A stretch of 64,000 bases of DNA from Octopus vulgaris (Eukaryota). Made by a program: the position numbers and the translations under genes. Under the pieces are notes generated by a model. That model saw only the letters and a list, made by a program, of their open reading frames with translations, was not told the origin of the DNA and ran no database searches. This document shows positions 36,345 through 50,553 of this stretch, piece by piece; position 1 is the first letter of the stretch; each line of letters begins with the position of its first letter. The stretch covers positions 7,192,001-7,256,000 of the forward strand of contig OX597832.1 in the NCBI GenBank assembly GCA_951406725.2, written 5' to 3'.

Positions 36345-37690
36345 ACCTAATTCTATTTACATATATCTACCTATCTATACAACTACTTATATGTATATAT
36401 ATAACAACCACCCCCATCTCTGTGCCTCTCTGTATCTACATACTAGTCTGTACATTTACCTACCTATCTGTGTGTTTATATACCCACCCCCCATATCTAT
36501 GTATGTCTCTGTGCTCCTGTGTATTTGATTAACAATTCATCCGTGTACTTATCTGTCTATATAATATATAATCCGTATTTCTATATGTCCAACTGTCTGT
36601 TATTAATATCTGCGCCAATTTAAGTTGAAACTTATTGTACCTGACCCTGCAGACACAAAATACCATAGTTAACTGTGAGTTTGCCACAATGCTAGAAAAC
36701 ATTGCTATTGTGATTAGAAGACAGAAACTATGGAACCCCCTGATAGTTTATCAAGTTCTTCTAGGGTTTTAGTTTCAAGCCTTTCTCGGATTGACGTTTT
36801 CGTTTTCATTTTGCTGTGTTCCATGAAGTCCTAATCATGTGCTATCAAACCTACATCGTCTGTCTACAGCTTTGTGACATTGTTGTTTAGTCCCGGGTCA
36901 GATCTGCTTGAGTAAACCTACGATCAAAAGTCATTTCATGCATGACTAACTCATCTTATTTTCGGGCATATCGCAACTAAGATTATTTAATAAAATATCT
37001 TTATTTTGTAAGTTGGCAAGATGTGATTTAAGAGCGATTTTGGTTGTTGTTTCTAGCAAGTTGAGTGACCACCTTCGTTGGCTTGCCTGTATGTGTGAGC
37101 GAGAGATGTTGTTTAGCTTCAGTTTAGATATAATTGAGCAGACCTATGATCAAAGATCTTCAAGCCATGGCTACCCTGTCTTATTCAGCTTGTATAACCA
37201 GGACAACTTTATTCAACGAGCCATTCCTTTTTTTACGATGGTGAGGTGAGATTAGAAGGAAATTCGGTTGCTATCTCCTGCATATCGAGCAACCACGTCG
37301 AAGCCTCCCTTGTGTGATCTGTTATGGTGCTGCATAATTGTACTTCAACCTTCCAATCAATATTTATTTATAGTTCCCAATAAGGACCTTAAAATTGATA
37401 TCTGCCCTATAAATAAGTACGTATATACGTTTATGATACACGCTGTCATATTTGGGGATTCGCATATTGTCCGTATGAACACACCTCTATCTCGCTCTCT
37501 CTATAATAATAAAATAATAATGAAATTATTGTATACAGTGCTCAGGTGCACCACAATATTTTATAAATCTCTCTCTCTACACACACACACATATATAGTG
37601 TGCGCGTGTGTTCCTACATATATAGCTAACAGAACATATTTTTTCTCATGCATGTTATATTTCATAAAAAAAATGATTGAACACAGAGTT

Positions 37691-37758
<68 letters not shown>

Positions 37759-37910
37759 TTATATATATTCTATATTCATATACTGAATGAATTAATATAC
37801 ACGTATATAGTAACTTACACACGTGTCTAACTGGAAGGCCTGTAATGTAAACTAGTTGTTATCTGTAGGCTCTTCTTCTGTCACCGTTAATATATATTTC
37901 CTCCTCTTTT

Positions 37911-37946
<36 letters not shown>

Positions 37947-38551
37947 CTCAGTTCCTAATAATAATAATAATAATAATCATAAAGGCTGTTTGGTAAGAAG
38001 CTTGCTTCTTCCCAACCACATTGTTTCGGGTTCACTCCCACTGCGTGGCACCTTGGGCCTCGCGTTTGGTAGATGGAAACTGAAAGAGGCCGTAGTGTAT
38101 ATATATATATATATGTTTGTGTGTCTGTGTTTGTCCTCCCACCATCGCTTGACAATCGATGCTGGTATGTTAATGTCCCCGTAAGCTAGCGGTTCGGTCA
38201 AAGAGACCGATAGAATAAGTACTTGGTTTACAAAGAATAAGTCCTGGGGGTCGATTTGTTCGACTAAAACCGGGTAAGGCGGTGCTCCTGCATGACCGCA
38301 GTCAAATGAATGAAACAAGTACAGGAGAATACTACATAGACTGTTTTTCCGAATCTGCCGACTTTTTAATACCAGTGATAGCCATGAGATATCGTGGAAG
38401 TCCACCTCTGTGTGGTTTCCAGACTTTCTATAATGTAATAGCTGTCAAATGACCCGCAAATCACATCCTACCGGGCCTAAGTAAAGAAAACATTGGGCAG
38501 TGTAGTTTCTGAAAGTCAAAAGATAGGACGGCCACACCGCTGCTGCTGCTG

Positions 38552-38584
<33 letters not shown>

Positions 38585-38829
38585 TTATTTATTTACCTAT
38601 TTCTTTACTACCCACAAGGGGCTAAACACAGAGAGGACAAACAAGGACAGACAAAGGGATTAAGTCGATTATATCGACCCCAGTGCGTAACTGGTACTTA
38701 TTTAATCGACCCCGAAAGGATGAAAGGCAAAGTCGACCTCGGCGGAATTTGAACTCGGAACGGAGCGGCAGACGAAATACCGCTAAGCATTTCGCCCGGT
38801 GTGCTAACGTTTCTGCCAGCTCAAGGTTT

Positions 38830-40130
38830 TCAAATGAAGGGAATATGTAGACACAGCTTACTAAACATGCACTTTATTTAGAAATGAGAGAGGTAAAAAA
38901 TGGAGTGAAGTAAAAAGCATAGGTGGAACATAAATAGGTCATAGTTTTTAGAGAAAAGGTCCATTGCATTGAGCCAGAATCCTTGGTTGTCAAGGCAATC
39001 ATATCACAAGAGCATATGCCTCCCATTTTCCAGCCCTGCATGTTTATGTTGAGAGGAGAGCCATTTATTCATTCCATGATCACTACTGTCATTCCCTTTT
39101 TAACAAGTTTACTGGAAGAGAACCTCTCTCTTTCTCTCCCCTCACACTCATATTAAGTGGAACTTGAAAACGTGAGAGCCTGGTTTTTAGTTCTCTCAGT
39201 CTTGTCCACCACAAAATCTCTTGTACCATAGCCACCAGACAATAAAATGACCTGCCCTTCCTGGCTAAAGAAAGGCAGTTAGGCAATCTTCACAATAGAT
39301 ATGGTTAATAGCCAGTCCATCCTATAATGCTACAAGCCAGTAATTTTCATACACTAAATATGTGTATATAAAATAGTTTCCTCACCATGTGTGCAACCTA
39401 AATAGGTCTACCTAATTATGCTTCCATGCCTATAAAGTTTATCTTGAACTAGTAATATCCCTCAGTAGCACCATCAAGCGGAAAACTTTCTGAAAATCAT
39501 TCATAGTCCTCTGATACCCAGAATTTCCATTTCCTCAAACATCTTTACTTGTTGTCTTCTATGAATTAGCAGAAGTCTCACTGACCTCATTACATGACCT
39601 GTAAAAGACTGTAAGCACTTGATGACACTCCAGATGTCAGTTACCCAGTTTAGGTCTTAGTTTGACTCAGGACAGCAGCTTTATCAAAGAGACAGACAGT
39701 GGGAAAATGTACCTGAAAAAAGGTGACCACATTTGCTCACCATGCAAGAATCTCTGTAGATGTTGCAACTTCATTGCATATTGGTATATCACCAACCTCA
39801 GCATATTGAATTCTCCACTTAATGGATATTGACAACTAATGAATTGCTTGACCAGCAGAATGGGTTCTTTCCACAAGAAGCAAAAGAGCAGATACTCCAA
39901 ACTGGTCAGATCAAAACTAGAGCCACTCCTGCTTGTTGTTTTGGGGTAACTCCATCTTAGCTATTTCTCAGCAAGACTGGCTTCCTTGATTGTAACTTCA
40001 TCTCAGTTTCAGTCAACCTAGAGCTCCAGGCTGAATCAGACTTAACTGATCCATCTATTTAGCACCTTATACTGTCTGCCAGTATGGACATGTCTCTTCA
40101 AGTGTTGAGTTGCAAGTTCACTCACTTGAC
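38830..40130 (-). mobile_element. Old Tx1/L1-clade LINE 3' region
   Basis: Degenerate LFCFLWK..LVKQFISCQYPLSGEFNM...GEQMWSPF and FYCLVAMVQEILWWTRL, resembling the post-RT region of Tx1-type ORF2. Boundaries approximate. Confidence 0.6.
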
Positions 40131-41464
40131 CAGGTTACTCTTTGCTCCTGTATACTTTTAGAATGGTGTTAACTACCTTAACTATTGTATGCAATAATAA
40201 CCATGGTGAGGCCACAAATTTGTAGTAGGAGATATTGTGTAGCAATATTTTGAGTTGGCATACAAATACACCTGTATTTGTACATGTACATATATCTACA
40301 TACATATACACACAAATATATATCTGTATTTAGAAGTTTACTATTAATAATACTTTTATGAATTCTCTAGTCAATTTTGATATAAAGGCATTCATTTGTT
40401 CAAGTAGCTGAATGACCTCATTGAATTAATATGTTAAGTGGCTGGGTATTCCACAGACATCTTTAACATTCAAATTATTCCCATGTAGAATCAGTGTGAC
40501 AAAGCTGGACCTTTGAGCTCCAAGTACAGTACATGTGATGGACGTCTACAGTTTCCAGCTTCTAATTTCATTAATAATGTCTGGGGTGATCTGAGGCTGT
40601 GTTAAAAAGTACCTGCCCAACATGCAGTGGTATCAAACTAAAGTTCTCATGGTTGTCAAGTGAATTTATCTATTCTACGAGATCTGTATCCATATATATA
40701 TGTATAAATCTCTCTGAGAGATTTAGAAATGTAATATTTCTATTTTCGATATCAGTGAATGTATTTCGCTTGAAATGTATATGTTTTCAAAGGCGAATAA
40801 ACATCAACAGCTAGCAAGCCATGCTACTCCAGACCGATGATGAGCAATGACTTAAACTAGTCTCTGGATGCTGGCTTTGCTGGGTGGAGGTGCTTATCTC
40901 CCCCTTTGAAAACATAAAAACACAGAAAATGTGTCATGGCCAACAAGAAATGGTGTTTCCTAGGGCTAAATAACAGTAGCATTCTTCCCTTTCATGGGCC
41001 TGTCACATTAAGTTGACAACATGCTATCACTTTATCATGCTGCTACTGTATAAATCTCTCTGAGAGATTTAGAAATCTAATATTTCTATTATATACATAT
41101 ATATATATTTATATATAAGCAGAAAATAGAGAAAACTTTTGATCAAGAAACAAACAAATTGACCAACATCGGTTAATTATTTTTTAATACAAAACTTAAC
41201 ATTACATAACATTTCTTATGGCCATTTTGGCTGCCAATGTCAATTGGTGCTTATAAAGAAAATTCTGAAAATAATATTCGCCATTTTTATAGCATATTTG
41301 ATCCAGTACATGGAGCTTCATCAGAATGAATACAAATACATAAAATAAAATAAATGAAGGGAAGAGGAAAGGACAGGGCCTTGAGATGAGGCAAGGAGGC
41401 TCAATAAATTAGAATCCTACTATTTTGTAGTGTGAAGCTTGAAGTCGACAGACTTACCTTTGAC

Positions 41465-41510
<46 letters not shown>

Positions 41511-41661
41511 ATACATATATATATATGAATAAAAAATGGAGTTAACGCAGGTGTAAACAAATATTTTTACTTTCGACACATGTTTCGAAAATTCCACTGC
41601 CCTGGTAACTATTTATTTATTTTTCCGTGTTAATTGTTAACAAGGTAAAAATACACTCATC

Positions 41662-41713
<52 letters not shown>

Positions 41714-41717
<4 letters not shown>

Positions 41718-42995
41718 GTCATCTCATAAGTTCTGTCGTATTTTACCTTTTTTAAAATTGAATGAAATTTAATAGTATTTTAGAATGTCTAATGGAATTA
41801 AAAATTATTTTTATGTATTTGTGTGCATTTGAACTAATTAAATATTATTTTACAGAATAATAGAATGAAAATTTCTTTGATTAAAACACTTTCTAACATG
41901 GAAGTATCCAAAGAGTATTTGAGGCACATAATGCTTTATGGGTGCAAAAAAGGAAACTCTGCAGCCAAAGTGACTCGAAACATACACTCAGTTTATGGGA
42001 AAGAATGCTTCAATGAAAGAATTTGCAGATGATTTGCAAAATTTAGAAGTGGAGATTTCAGCTTTGAAGATGAAGATCAAACAGAATGTCCAGTTGAGTT
42101 TGATGATAAGCTCTTTGAGGCATTACTTGAAAAAAATCCTGCATTATCAGTTGAAGAATTGGCCATAAAGCTTAGTTCAAACCTTACAACTGTTCATTGT
42201 CATCTTCAACAACTTGGAAAAGTTCCTAAACTTAGAAAATGGGTGCCTCATGAATTGTCTGAAAGCAACCGCAAATCCCGAGTTGACATCTGCTCTTCTC
42301 TCCATTCTCGTGAACTCACTTCAACCTCTTTGGATAGACTTGTGACTGGTGATGAAAAATGGATCTTCTATCCAAATGTTAAATGTTGTAAACAGTGGCT
42401 TGGTAAAAGGGAAAAAGCTCAACCACAACCGAGAAGAGAACTTCATGGAAAAAAGGTTCTTCTCTCTATCTGGTGGGATTGCAAAGGAATAATTCACCTT
42501 GAATTGTTACCACCTAATGCAACAATCAATGTTCAAGTCTACTGTCAACAATTAGAGCGTTTGAACCAAGCTTTGAAGAAAAAAAGACCTGCTTTAGTGA
42601 TTCGAAAAGGAGTGATGTTTCATCAGGATAATGTGTGACCCCCACACTGCAAAGATCACATCACAGACGATCAAAGAGCGTGGTTGAGAAAAAATTCCTC
42701 TTCCACCTTATTCTCCTGACCTTGCTCTTTCAGACTACCATTTGCTTCATAGTTTACAGAATCTTTTGGGGGATATAACTTTCGCAAGCCAGGAGGAGGT
42801 CGAAACTGACATTTCAGAGTTCTTCGCTTTGAAACCGAAAGAGTTTTACATTGATGTGATTAAAAAGCCTGTAAATAGATGGAGGTAAGTCATAGATAAT
42901 CAGAGAAAGTATATTGATGATTAAATTTCAATTAAATATAACATTTGATCACTTGTTTTCTTTATTCAAAATTCGGACAGAACTTATAGGATGAC

Positions 42996-42999
<4 letters not shown>
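41714..42999 (+). mobile_element. Full-length decayed mariner, second family, inserted in a (TA)n tract
   Basis: TIRs TCAGGTCATCTCATAAGTTCTGTC / GACAGAACTTATAGGATGACCTAA. Transposase about 41898-42924 with WVPHEL, VTGDEKWIFY, HQDN and PPYSPDLALSDYHL, broken by stops and frameshifts. Confidence 0.93.
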
Positions 43000-43035
<36 letters not shown>

Positions 43036-43037
<2 letters not shown>

Positions 43038-43390
43038 CGCAGGAGTGGCTGTGTGGTAAGTAGCTTGCTAACCAGCCACATGGTTCCGGGTTCAGTCCCA
43101 CTGCATGGCATCTTGGGCAAGTGTCTTCTGCTATAGCCCCGGGCCGACCAATGCCTTGTGAGTGGATTTGGTAGACGGAAACTGAAAGAAGCCTGTCGTA
43201 TATATGTATATATTTATATGTGTGTGTTTGTCTCCCTAGCATTGTGTGTTTACGTCCCCGTCACTTAGCGGTTCGGCAAAAGAGATTGATGGAATAAGTA
43301 CTGGGCTTACAAAGAATAAGACTAAAGGCGGTGCTCCAGCATGGCCGCTGTCAAATGACTGAAACAAGTAAAAGAGTAAAAAGAGAGTAA
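43036..43390 (+). mobile_element. SINE family A copy
   Basis: Near-identical to 58452-58851, with internal deletions. Confidence 0.9.
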
Positions 43391-45453
43391 AGAGATAGAT
43401 ATATACGTGTGTGTGTGTATGTGTGTGTGTGTGTGCCTTGACATCACAAGACAGTTGTAAATGAATGTTGTTCATTTCCAGTATTCTGTGTAAACATATA
43501 TGGCCATGGAGAAATGTTAACTTGATTAGAAACTGGTAAGTGTTGGCAACAGGATTATGATCTGACCATAGAAAATCTGCTTCAATAAACTCCATCTGAT
43601 CCATTCCAACATGGAAAAATGAACACTGAGAACGGTGGTGATTTTTGTTAATACTATCCAACCCATGCCAGTATGGGTTCTGGCTGTTAAATGATGATCA
43701 TAAATACATATGTGTGGCCAAGACTAATCACTTAACTATGGAAGCACCCAACCAACCTGCAATTGGTCAGTGTGCATATATATCCCTACAACTTGTATAC
43801 ATAAAGCTAGAAACTGTGTACTTAAGTGAGTGGACTGCAAGTAACTTAATCCTTACCATATCTGGCCAAAACATTTTACCTGCTTTATGTTCAAACTGGT
43901 CAGATCTAGTCTCTTGCACCTACCCTGCAATGTCATTCTGAAAATAAACAATCGCATCTTCAAAATCTTGAAGCTATGAGATAGTACATGACCAGTTATA
44001 TAAAATATGAATGAATAAGCATTTCATTTGACAGAATAAGATTAATGCTAAAGGGTTAATGTAACCTTTATATTAAAAATACATGTTAAAAATGTTGGTA
44101 TTTATGCTTCATCACTCAGTGAGGTACTGTTGAAATATCTTTCACCTTCCTCTTTTGGTAGAATATTTGTTGGTACTTGTAAGTGGAATCCAAGTATCCA
44201 TTTTATCTGTTTTTATGATAAATACTTGACAGGGGTCATGTTTCCGACTTGTTTTAACTGAAGATATATGGTGGAAGTATTTTGCATATTGGATTTTTTT
44301 GAGTATGGGATCTGTGTTTTACATGTGACAACTGTTTGACATTAGCAAACAAGTCACCTAGCTGTTCAGAGTGTGCAGGGTGGTTCCAACATCCAATCCC
44401 ATTGAATTGACCCCTGTTCAAAGGAAGTATGGTAAAACTGATTCTGGCTAGAATTGCTCCTGAAACATGTAAATCTACGAAAAACACTGACACAAAGCTG
44501 TACATTTTTGAGGCAGACACAATTTTTAAAATTAATCTGCTTAGTATAGATCATGAGTTATAAAAAATAAGTTGTCCTGGCAGGATTTGAACCTAGAATG
44601 TGTGGGCTATAATTTGATGATACAAGGCATTTACTCAAGTACTTTACCATTTCTACTATTCCACCAATTTTTCATTTGTTGCAGGAGCCACAAACTGAGC
44701 ATAATACATCATTATCATCATCGTTTAACATCTACTTTTCCATGTTGGCATGGGTTGGACAATTTGACAGCAGCTGGCTAGGCAGAAAACTGCACTAAAC
44801 CTCTGTGTCTATTTTGGCATGGTTTTTACAGCTGGATGCTCTTCCTGACACCAACCACCTCACAGGGTGAACTACTACAATACAATGAAAATGGATCTCA
44901 GTTCTTCTATCTGAATTATCTACTCATTGAATTAGGTTATAAGTGGCTGAGTACTCCACACACATGTACACCCTTAACTTAATCCATGGACAGAATTAGT
45001 GTGACAAACTGAATGCTTCTCTACAGTTTCCATGTACCTAGTTTAACTCTCAGCACAGGTATGGCTGTGTGGTTAAGAAGCTCACTTTGCAACAATGTGT
45101 TTCAGGTTCAGTCCTACTGTGCACCAACTTGGACAAGTGTCTTCTGCTACAGCCCAGGTCAACCAATGTTCTGTGAGTGAATTTGGTACACAGAAGCTGC
45201 ACGAAAGCTTGTTTTGTATTTTTGCATGTGTGTGTACATACATACATATGTAATAGCAACATGCCTTATAGAAAAATCTTTCTTTTGTGGTTAGGAATAT
45301 AAATTGTGACTAAGGTTTGGTGGAAGATTTTAATTCAAAACTTCTGAAAACAAGACATTTGTACTCAGAGCCAGAGCCAATTTCAGCCGGGTTAGTAATA
45401 AAAGGGTTAAGACTAGACTCCACTCTCACATTTATGACCTTGTGTTAATGTTT

Positions 45454-45495
<42 letters not shown>

Positions 45496-45499
45496 TATA

Positions 45500-47660
45500 A
45501 GGTGCCGAGCTGGCAGAATCGTTAGCGCCGGATTAAATGCTTAGCGGTATTTTGTCCATCGCTATGTTCTGAGTTCAAATTCTGCCGAGGTTGACTTTAC
45601 CTTTCATCCTTTTGGGTTTGATAAAATAAGTACCAGTTGAACACTGGGGTTAATGTAATCAACTCATCCCCTCCCCCCAAATTGCTGCCCTTGTGGTAAA
45701 ATTTGAGACTATTATTATTATTATTATTTATATGGCAGCAAGCTGGCAGAATCGTTAGCATGCTGGACAAAGTGCTTAGTGACATTTCGTTCATCTTTAT
45801 GTTCTGAGTTCAAATTCCGCCAAAGTCAACTTTGCTTTTCATCTGAAGCAGGGGGATAAAATAAGTATCAGTTGAATATTGGGGTCAATGTAAAAGTCTT
45901 AACCCCTCCCTTAAACTTACTGACCTTGTGCCAAAATTTGAAACCATTATTATTATTGAGTGAGAGAGCAGTGCATGCCATCAAAGTGACACTGGGGTAA
46001 AATAGAAGAAGCCCAGTATACCCATCATGACTACCTGTCTAAGGGTACATCAGGCACATGCATCACAACCATATGTGTGTGACATAGTGATCTCATATTA
46101 AGAGAAACAGTGCATGACCTTGTACGTGGGGCCCAGTTAGAATTTTGTTCAGATCGAGTAGCCCATCCTGCTCAAAAGGTCCCTGGCAGAATCCTTAGCA
46201 CGCTGGGTGAAATGCTTGGTGATATTTTGTCTGCCACTACGTTCTATGTTCAAATTCTGCTGAGGTTGACTTTGCTTTTCCTCCTTTCGGGGTCAATAAA
46301 TTAAGTAAGTACCAGTGAAACACTAGGATCAATATAATCGACTTAGCCCTCTCCCCAAAGTTTCAGTTCTTGTGTCTTCAGTAGAATGGATTATTATTAT
46401 TATCAGTAAAAAGGTGGTGAGCTGGCAGAATCTTTAGCACACCAGCCAAAATGCTTAGTGGTATTTTGTCTGCCACTACGTTCTGTGTTCAAATTCTACC
46501 AAGGTCAACTTTGCCTTTCATCCTTTTGGGATTGATAAAATAAGTACCAGTTGAATACTGGGGTTGATGTAATTGACTTACCCACTTTCCTGAAATTGCT
46601 GGCCTTGTGCTCTACTGAGCATTCTATGCTGGTTCCCTTTATATTCCTCTTGATGCCTTCTGATACTGTCTCCAAGGACCCAACAATAATTGGCAATGTC
46701 TTCACTTTCATTTTCCAAAACCAGGCTATTTCGTACATGATTGTATATGTACAGGATTGTATATGTCTGTTTTTCCACCTTCCTTCTTGACTATTTGTGG
46801 ATCAAAGGTGTATGCAACATCAATTATATAGCACATGTGGTTCTTGTCCATGACCACTAGATCCAGCTTGTGCTCTAGTCCCACTAGATTTTGCAGGTCT
46901 CCAACTCTGCCGCTCTCTGTTGTTTGTGCTCATACCATGTCTTATATCTCTCTAGACTCTACTCTTTGCATTGTTTCCAATGTAGCATTTTCACTACCTG
47001 ATCATATTGCCACAACTTATCGTGGTTTTGGGTAAGCCTTGGGCATTTGTTCATGAAATGGGCAATAGTTTTGTCCACTTTATTACAGATGTGAAACAGT
47101 GGAGACACTTGCTCTTTCCTAAAGTCGACTCTCCAATTTATGGCCAATGCTTGGTTTTGTGTTGCCAGTATGATGCTCTCGGTCTCTTTTATTATTAAGA
47201 TGGCAAGCTGGCAAAATTGTTAGTACACCAGGCAAAATGCTTAGAGATGATATTTCTGGGTTCAAATTCCATTGAGGTTGACCTTGCCTTTCATCCTTTC
47301 GGGTTTGATAAAATAAGTACTAGTTGGGTACTTGTGGTTGATGTAATTGACTATCCCACTCCAAAATTTCAGGCCTTGTACCTATAGGAGAAAGGATTAT
47401 TATTGTTATAATAATAATATAATTATTATTATTATTAAAGTGGTGAGCTGAATCAGAGTTGTTAGCACGTTGGACAAAGTGCTTGGCAGCAATTTTTTGC
47501 TCTTTATGTTCTGAGTTCAAATACTATCAAGGCCAACTTTGCCTGTCAGTCCTTACAGAGTGAATAAAATAAAGTACCAGTCAAGTACTGGGGTTGATGT
47601 AATTGACTTACCCTCTCTTCTTAAGATTGCTGGCCTTGTGCCAAAATATGAAATAATTAC
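45500..47660 (+). repeat. Cluster of at least six same-orientation family B SINEs separated by (ATT)n
   Basis: Repeated GAGCTGGCAGAATC...TTCAAATTC...AAGTACCAG...CCTTGTG units at about 45500, 45733, 46180, 46412, 47200 and 47440. Confidence 0.88.
46612..47190 (-). mobile_element. RLE-type (R4/Dong or NeSL-like) LINE fragment
   Basis: IILAAQNQAL, ICNKVDKTIAHFMNKCPRL (CCHC knuckle), DQVVKMLHW, DLVVMDK...IIDVA and PIIVGSLETV. Confidence 0.75.
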
Positions 47661-47889
47661 TATTATTATTATTATTATTATTAGTCTAAGCTAGGTACAG
47701 TTAAGTCATTGTTATGCATCAGGTCAGTTCTGATCAAACAGACTTCAGAACAGCCCTTATCAATCTTTCCTTTTTTAATTTTTCTGATGCAATATCATTC
47801 ATGGTCTCCCCACTTATTTTTAAAGGTGGTTGGCTATGATTTGAGGTGAAATTTTACTGCTATTTGTAGCAGGTCAAACATCATTCAAA

Positions 47890-48283
47890 GCTGTGGTTCT
47901 CGATTTTTTTTTTTATCTATGGACCCCTTTAATTAGTATTTTTATTCTGGTGGACCCCCATAGCTATTTGATGTTTAAAAACTAGTTTTATTGAGACTTC
48001 TTTCGAAATTCCTATTTTGCTTTTCACATGTTCACTTGCATAGGTTTGCAATAGCACTCACTGAAACAAACTATGTAAAATGTTAGAGAAAGAAATGTAG
48101 CTTATAAAATAAACTACATTTATTGCTTATAAAATAAGCAATAAAAATACATCTGAAGCAAAGTTTTTTCATGAACTCATAAGAACTGTTGTGGATCCCC
48201 AATTTTACTGTTTTGTTGTGTGGATCCCCCAAAACCTTACATGGACTACTAAGGGTCACACAGACCCTAATTAAAAACCACTG
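47890..48283. mobile_element. Old hAT-like MITE
   Basis: CTGTGGTTCTC...GGACCCC repeats...AAAAACCACTG termini. A related relic lies at about 3200-3430. Confidence 0.6.
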
Positions 48284-50249
48284 ATTTAGAGGCTCCCTTG
48301 TTTGCTTGAAAAGGATTAAGTGATACTGTTCAACTTGGAATTCAATTTGTGCTGCAGATTTTGCCTCAGATTCTCATACATGCATGAGAGCTGAATCTAG
48401 TTGAATTGATAATTTTGGAGGACAGCTATCCAAAGGGTACAGGGTTTGTATCGTTTCTGTGATGTTCAGTGTCCATGGCCAAAACACTTCAGTCTCATTA
48501 TTTCAGTCCATTTAGCTGTAGATAGGTACCACAAAAGGTCATTAATGTACGTGGTAGGAGCACTGTAAAAGTGATGTTTTTGTATTAGTTTTCAGTGCTG
48601 AGATCTGTTTCCCTTGTTGCTATATAACCTGGAGAAGAATGAATTCTGCCACATCTCATGCCTACAATATATAATAATGAACCTCTGAATGAACCTTTAT
48701 GTGAATGGTGAGTGGTAACAGGAAGAGCATCTTACTGTAGAAAAATAGTTTAACCTTTTAGCATTCACATTATTCTGTCAAAAGTAATGCTTGTTTATCC
48801 TCATTGTTTTGAATTAATCATGCATTATCTCATAGCTTTGAAATTTTGATGAGTTAAGTTATTGTAGGGTTGGTGTGAGAGGCCACATCTGGTTGGTTTG
48901 ATATGGCAAGTTTAAATGCTAAAGAGTTAATAAGCCTTGTCCAACCCTTGCTAATATGGAAAAAGCTGTTGTGAAAACAATTTGTGTGTAAATGTGTGTA
49001 CCTACTTAAGCCCTTGGATTCTAAGTTGGGGTATATGTTTAACTGAGGGAAAGCCTTTCTCTCCCAGGTCTTGTTGGTTTTGAATTGTCGTCGATGTTCC
49101 TGTAACTTTGCTGTTTTCTAGATAGGGTTGTTGGCCGTATGCAAACCTATTTTATGTCAGGGATGCAATAGTCCATATTAGTTTGGCATTTATCCTTTGA
49201 CCTTTACAGCATGGGAAGCCCTATCAGGAGCTTGTGCTCTGCTGGCATAACACTGAGGGTCATTGATGCAATTAACCACTGCAACAAAGACTGGACTTTG
49301 TGGTATGTGTGGACATACACACACACACATTCATTCATTCATTCATTAGGATGATTTACACAGTTGTTAGCACTGAGCAAACACATGTTTGGCATGCAGA
49401 TTGTGTATGTCCCATACCTGTTCTGGATATACTGTGCTTAAAGCCAAGATCCATATTACACTCCCTGAAATGATCAGTTGCATGGGTTTCCAATGCCTCT
49501 GTGAATATCCTGCTTTTTGTGGATATCAACCCTGATCTAGAAGGGTAATGATGAAAGGTAATTTTCTAGCTTTTATTCAGATGGTTTAACTAGGACTACA
49601 TAATTCAATGCCTAGAGAGTCAGGTGTGATTTGATCAAGATGTGACCATGTACAAAATTATTTGTCAGCTTGTATAAAGGTTTCCTCTTTGCCCCATATC
49701 CTCCAAACCCTGTAAGCAAGAGGGGTATGATTTCTAAGAGTAGGTTCTTCGTAATTTTGTCTTTTCATTATTTGTCTTTTTGTTTTTACTATGTATAATT
49801 TAATATCTTTTATATTGATTCCTAACTTTTGCAGAAGGCCAGGCCACAATGGGTAGTTTTTTTTTCCTTATTATGGTGTAGTCATAAGTCAAAATTCATA
49901 ACATGCCAGACAAAAGGCTTAGTGGCATTTCTCCAAACTTCTCATGTTCTGAGTTCAAATTCCACCGAGGTCACTTTTGCCTTTCATCCTTTTGGAGTTG
50001 ATAAAATAAGTACCAGTTGAACTTGGGAAGGGGAGGGGGTTGATGTAATTGAATTAGCCCTTACCCTGAAATTGCTGGCCTTGTGCCAAAATTTGAAACC
50101 ATTATTATGGTGTAGTCAACGGTGGTGAGCTGGCAGAATCGTTGCCATACTGGACAAAATGCTCTCCTGGTGTAACACTCAGGGCCATTGATGCAATTAT
50201 CTGCGCTCTGCTACAAAGACTGGACTTTGTGGTGTGTATGTGTCTATAT

Positions 50250-50553
50250 GTGGAGGCACAATGGCCCAAAGGTTAGGGCAGCAGACTTGCAGTTTTGATT
50301 TCCAGACTGGGTGTTGTTTGTGCTTATTGAGCAAAAACACCTAAAAGCTCCCTGAGGCTCCGGCAGGGGGTGGTGGTGACCCTTGTTGTACTCATTTGCC
50401 ACAACTTTCTCTCACTCTCTCTTCTTGTTTCTTGAGTAACGCTGCGATGGACTGGTGTCCCGTCCAGCTGGGGGGAACACATACACCACAGAAACTGGGA
50501 AACCGGGCCCATGAGCCTGGCTAGGCTTGAAAAGGGCGACGTTTTATCGTTTT
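50250..50553 (+). mobile_element. tRNA-derived SINE, family C, with 13-bp TSD
   Basis: GTGGAGGCACAATGGCCCAAAGGTTAG head. TATGTGTCTATAT at 50237-50249 and 50554-50566. Related head at about 25170-25320. Confidence 0.85.

Noticed and set aside
36014-36532. Long ORFs rich in LSIY repeats
   Set aside because: Translations of the (TCTA)n microsatellite inside the NUS1 intron.
40835-41065. C/D box snoRNA candidate (ATGATGA ... CTGA)
   Set aside because: Boxes are over 200 nt apart with no terminal stem or evident guide.
41195-41665. Two further hammerhead-like remnants on the minus strand (CTGATGA at about 41324; CGAAACATGTGTC at about 41587)
   Set aside because: The first lacks convincing stems II and III, and the second lacks an intact CUGANGA. 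Probably decayed terminal repeats, not callable as ribozymes.
44254-44460. Minus-strand exon candidate after tttcag
   Set aside because: Two open frames, neither resembling a protein I recognise, and no partner exon identified.
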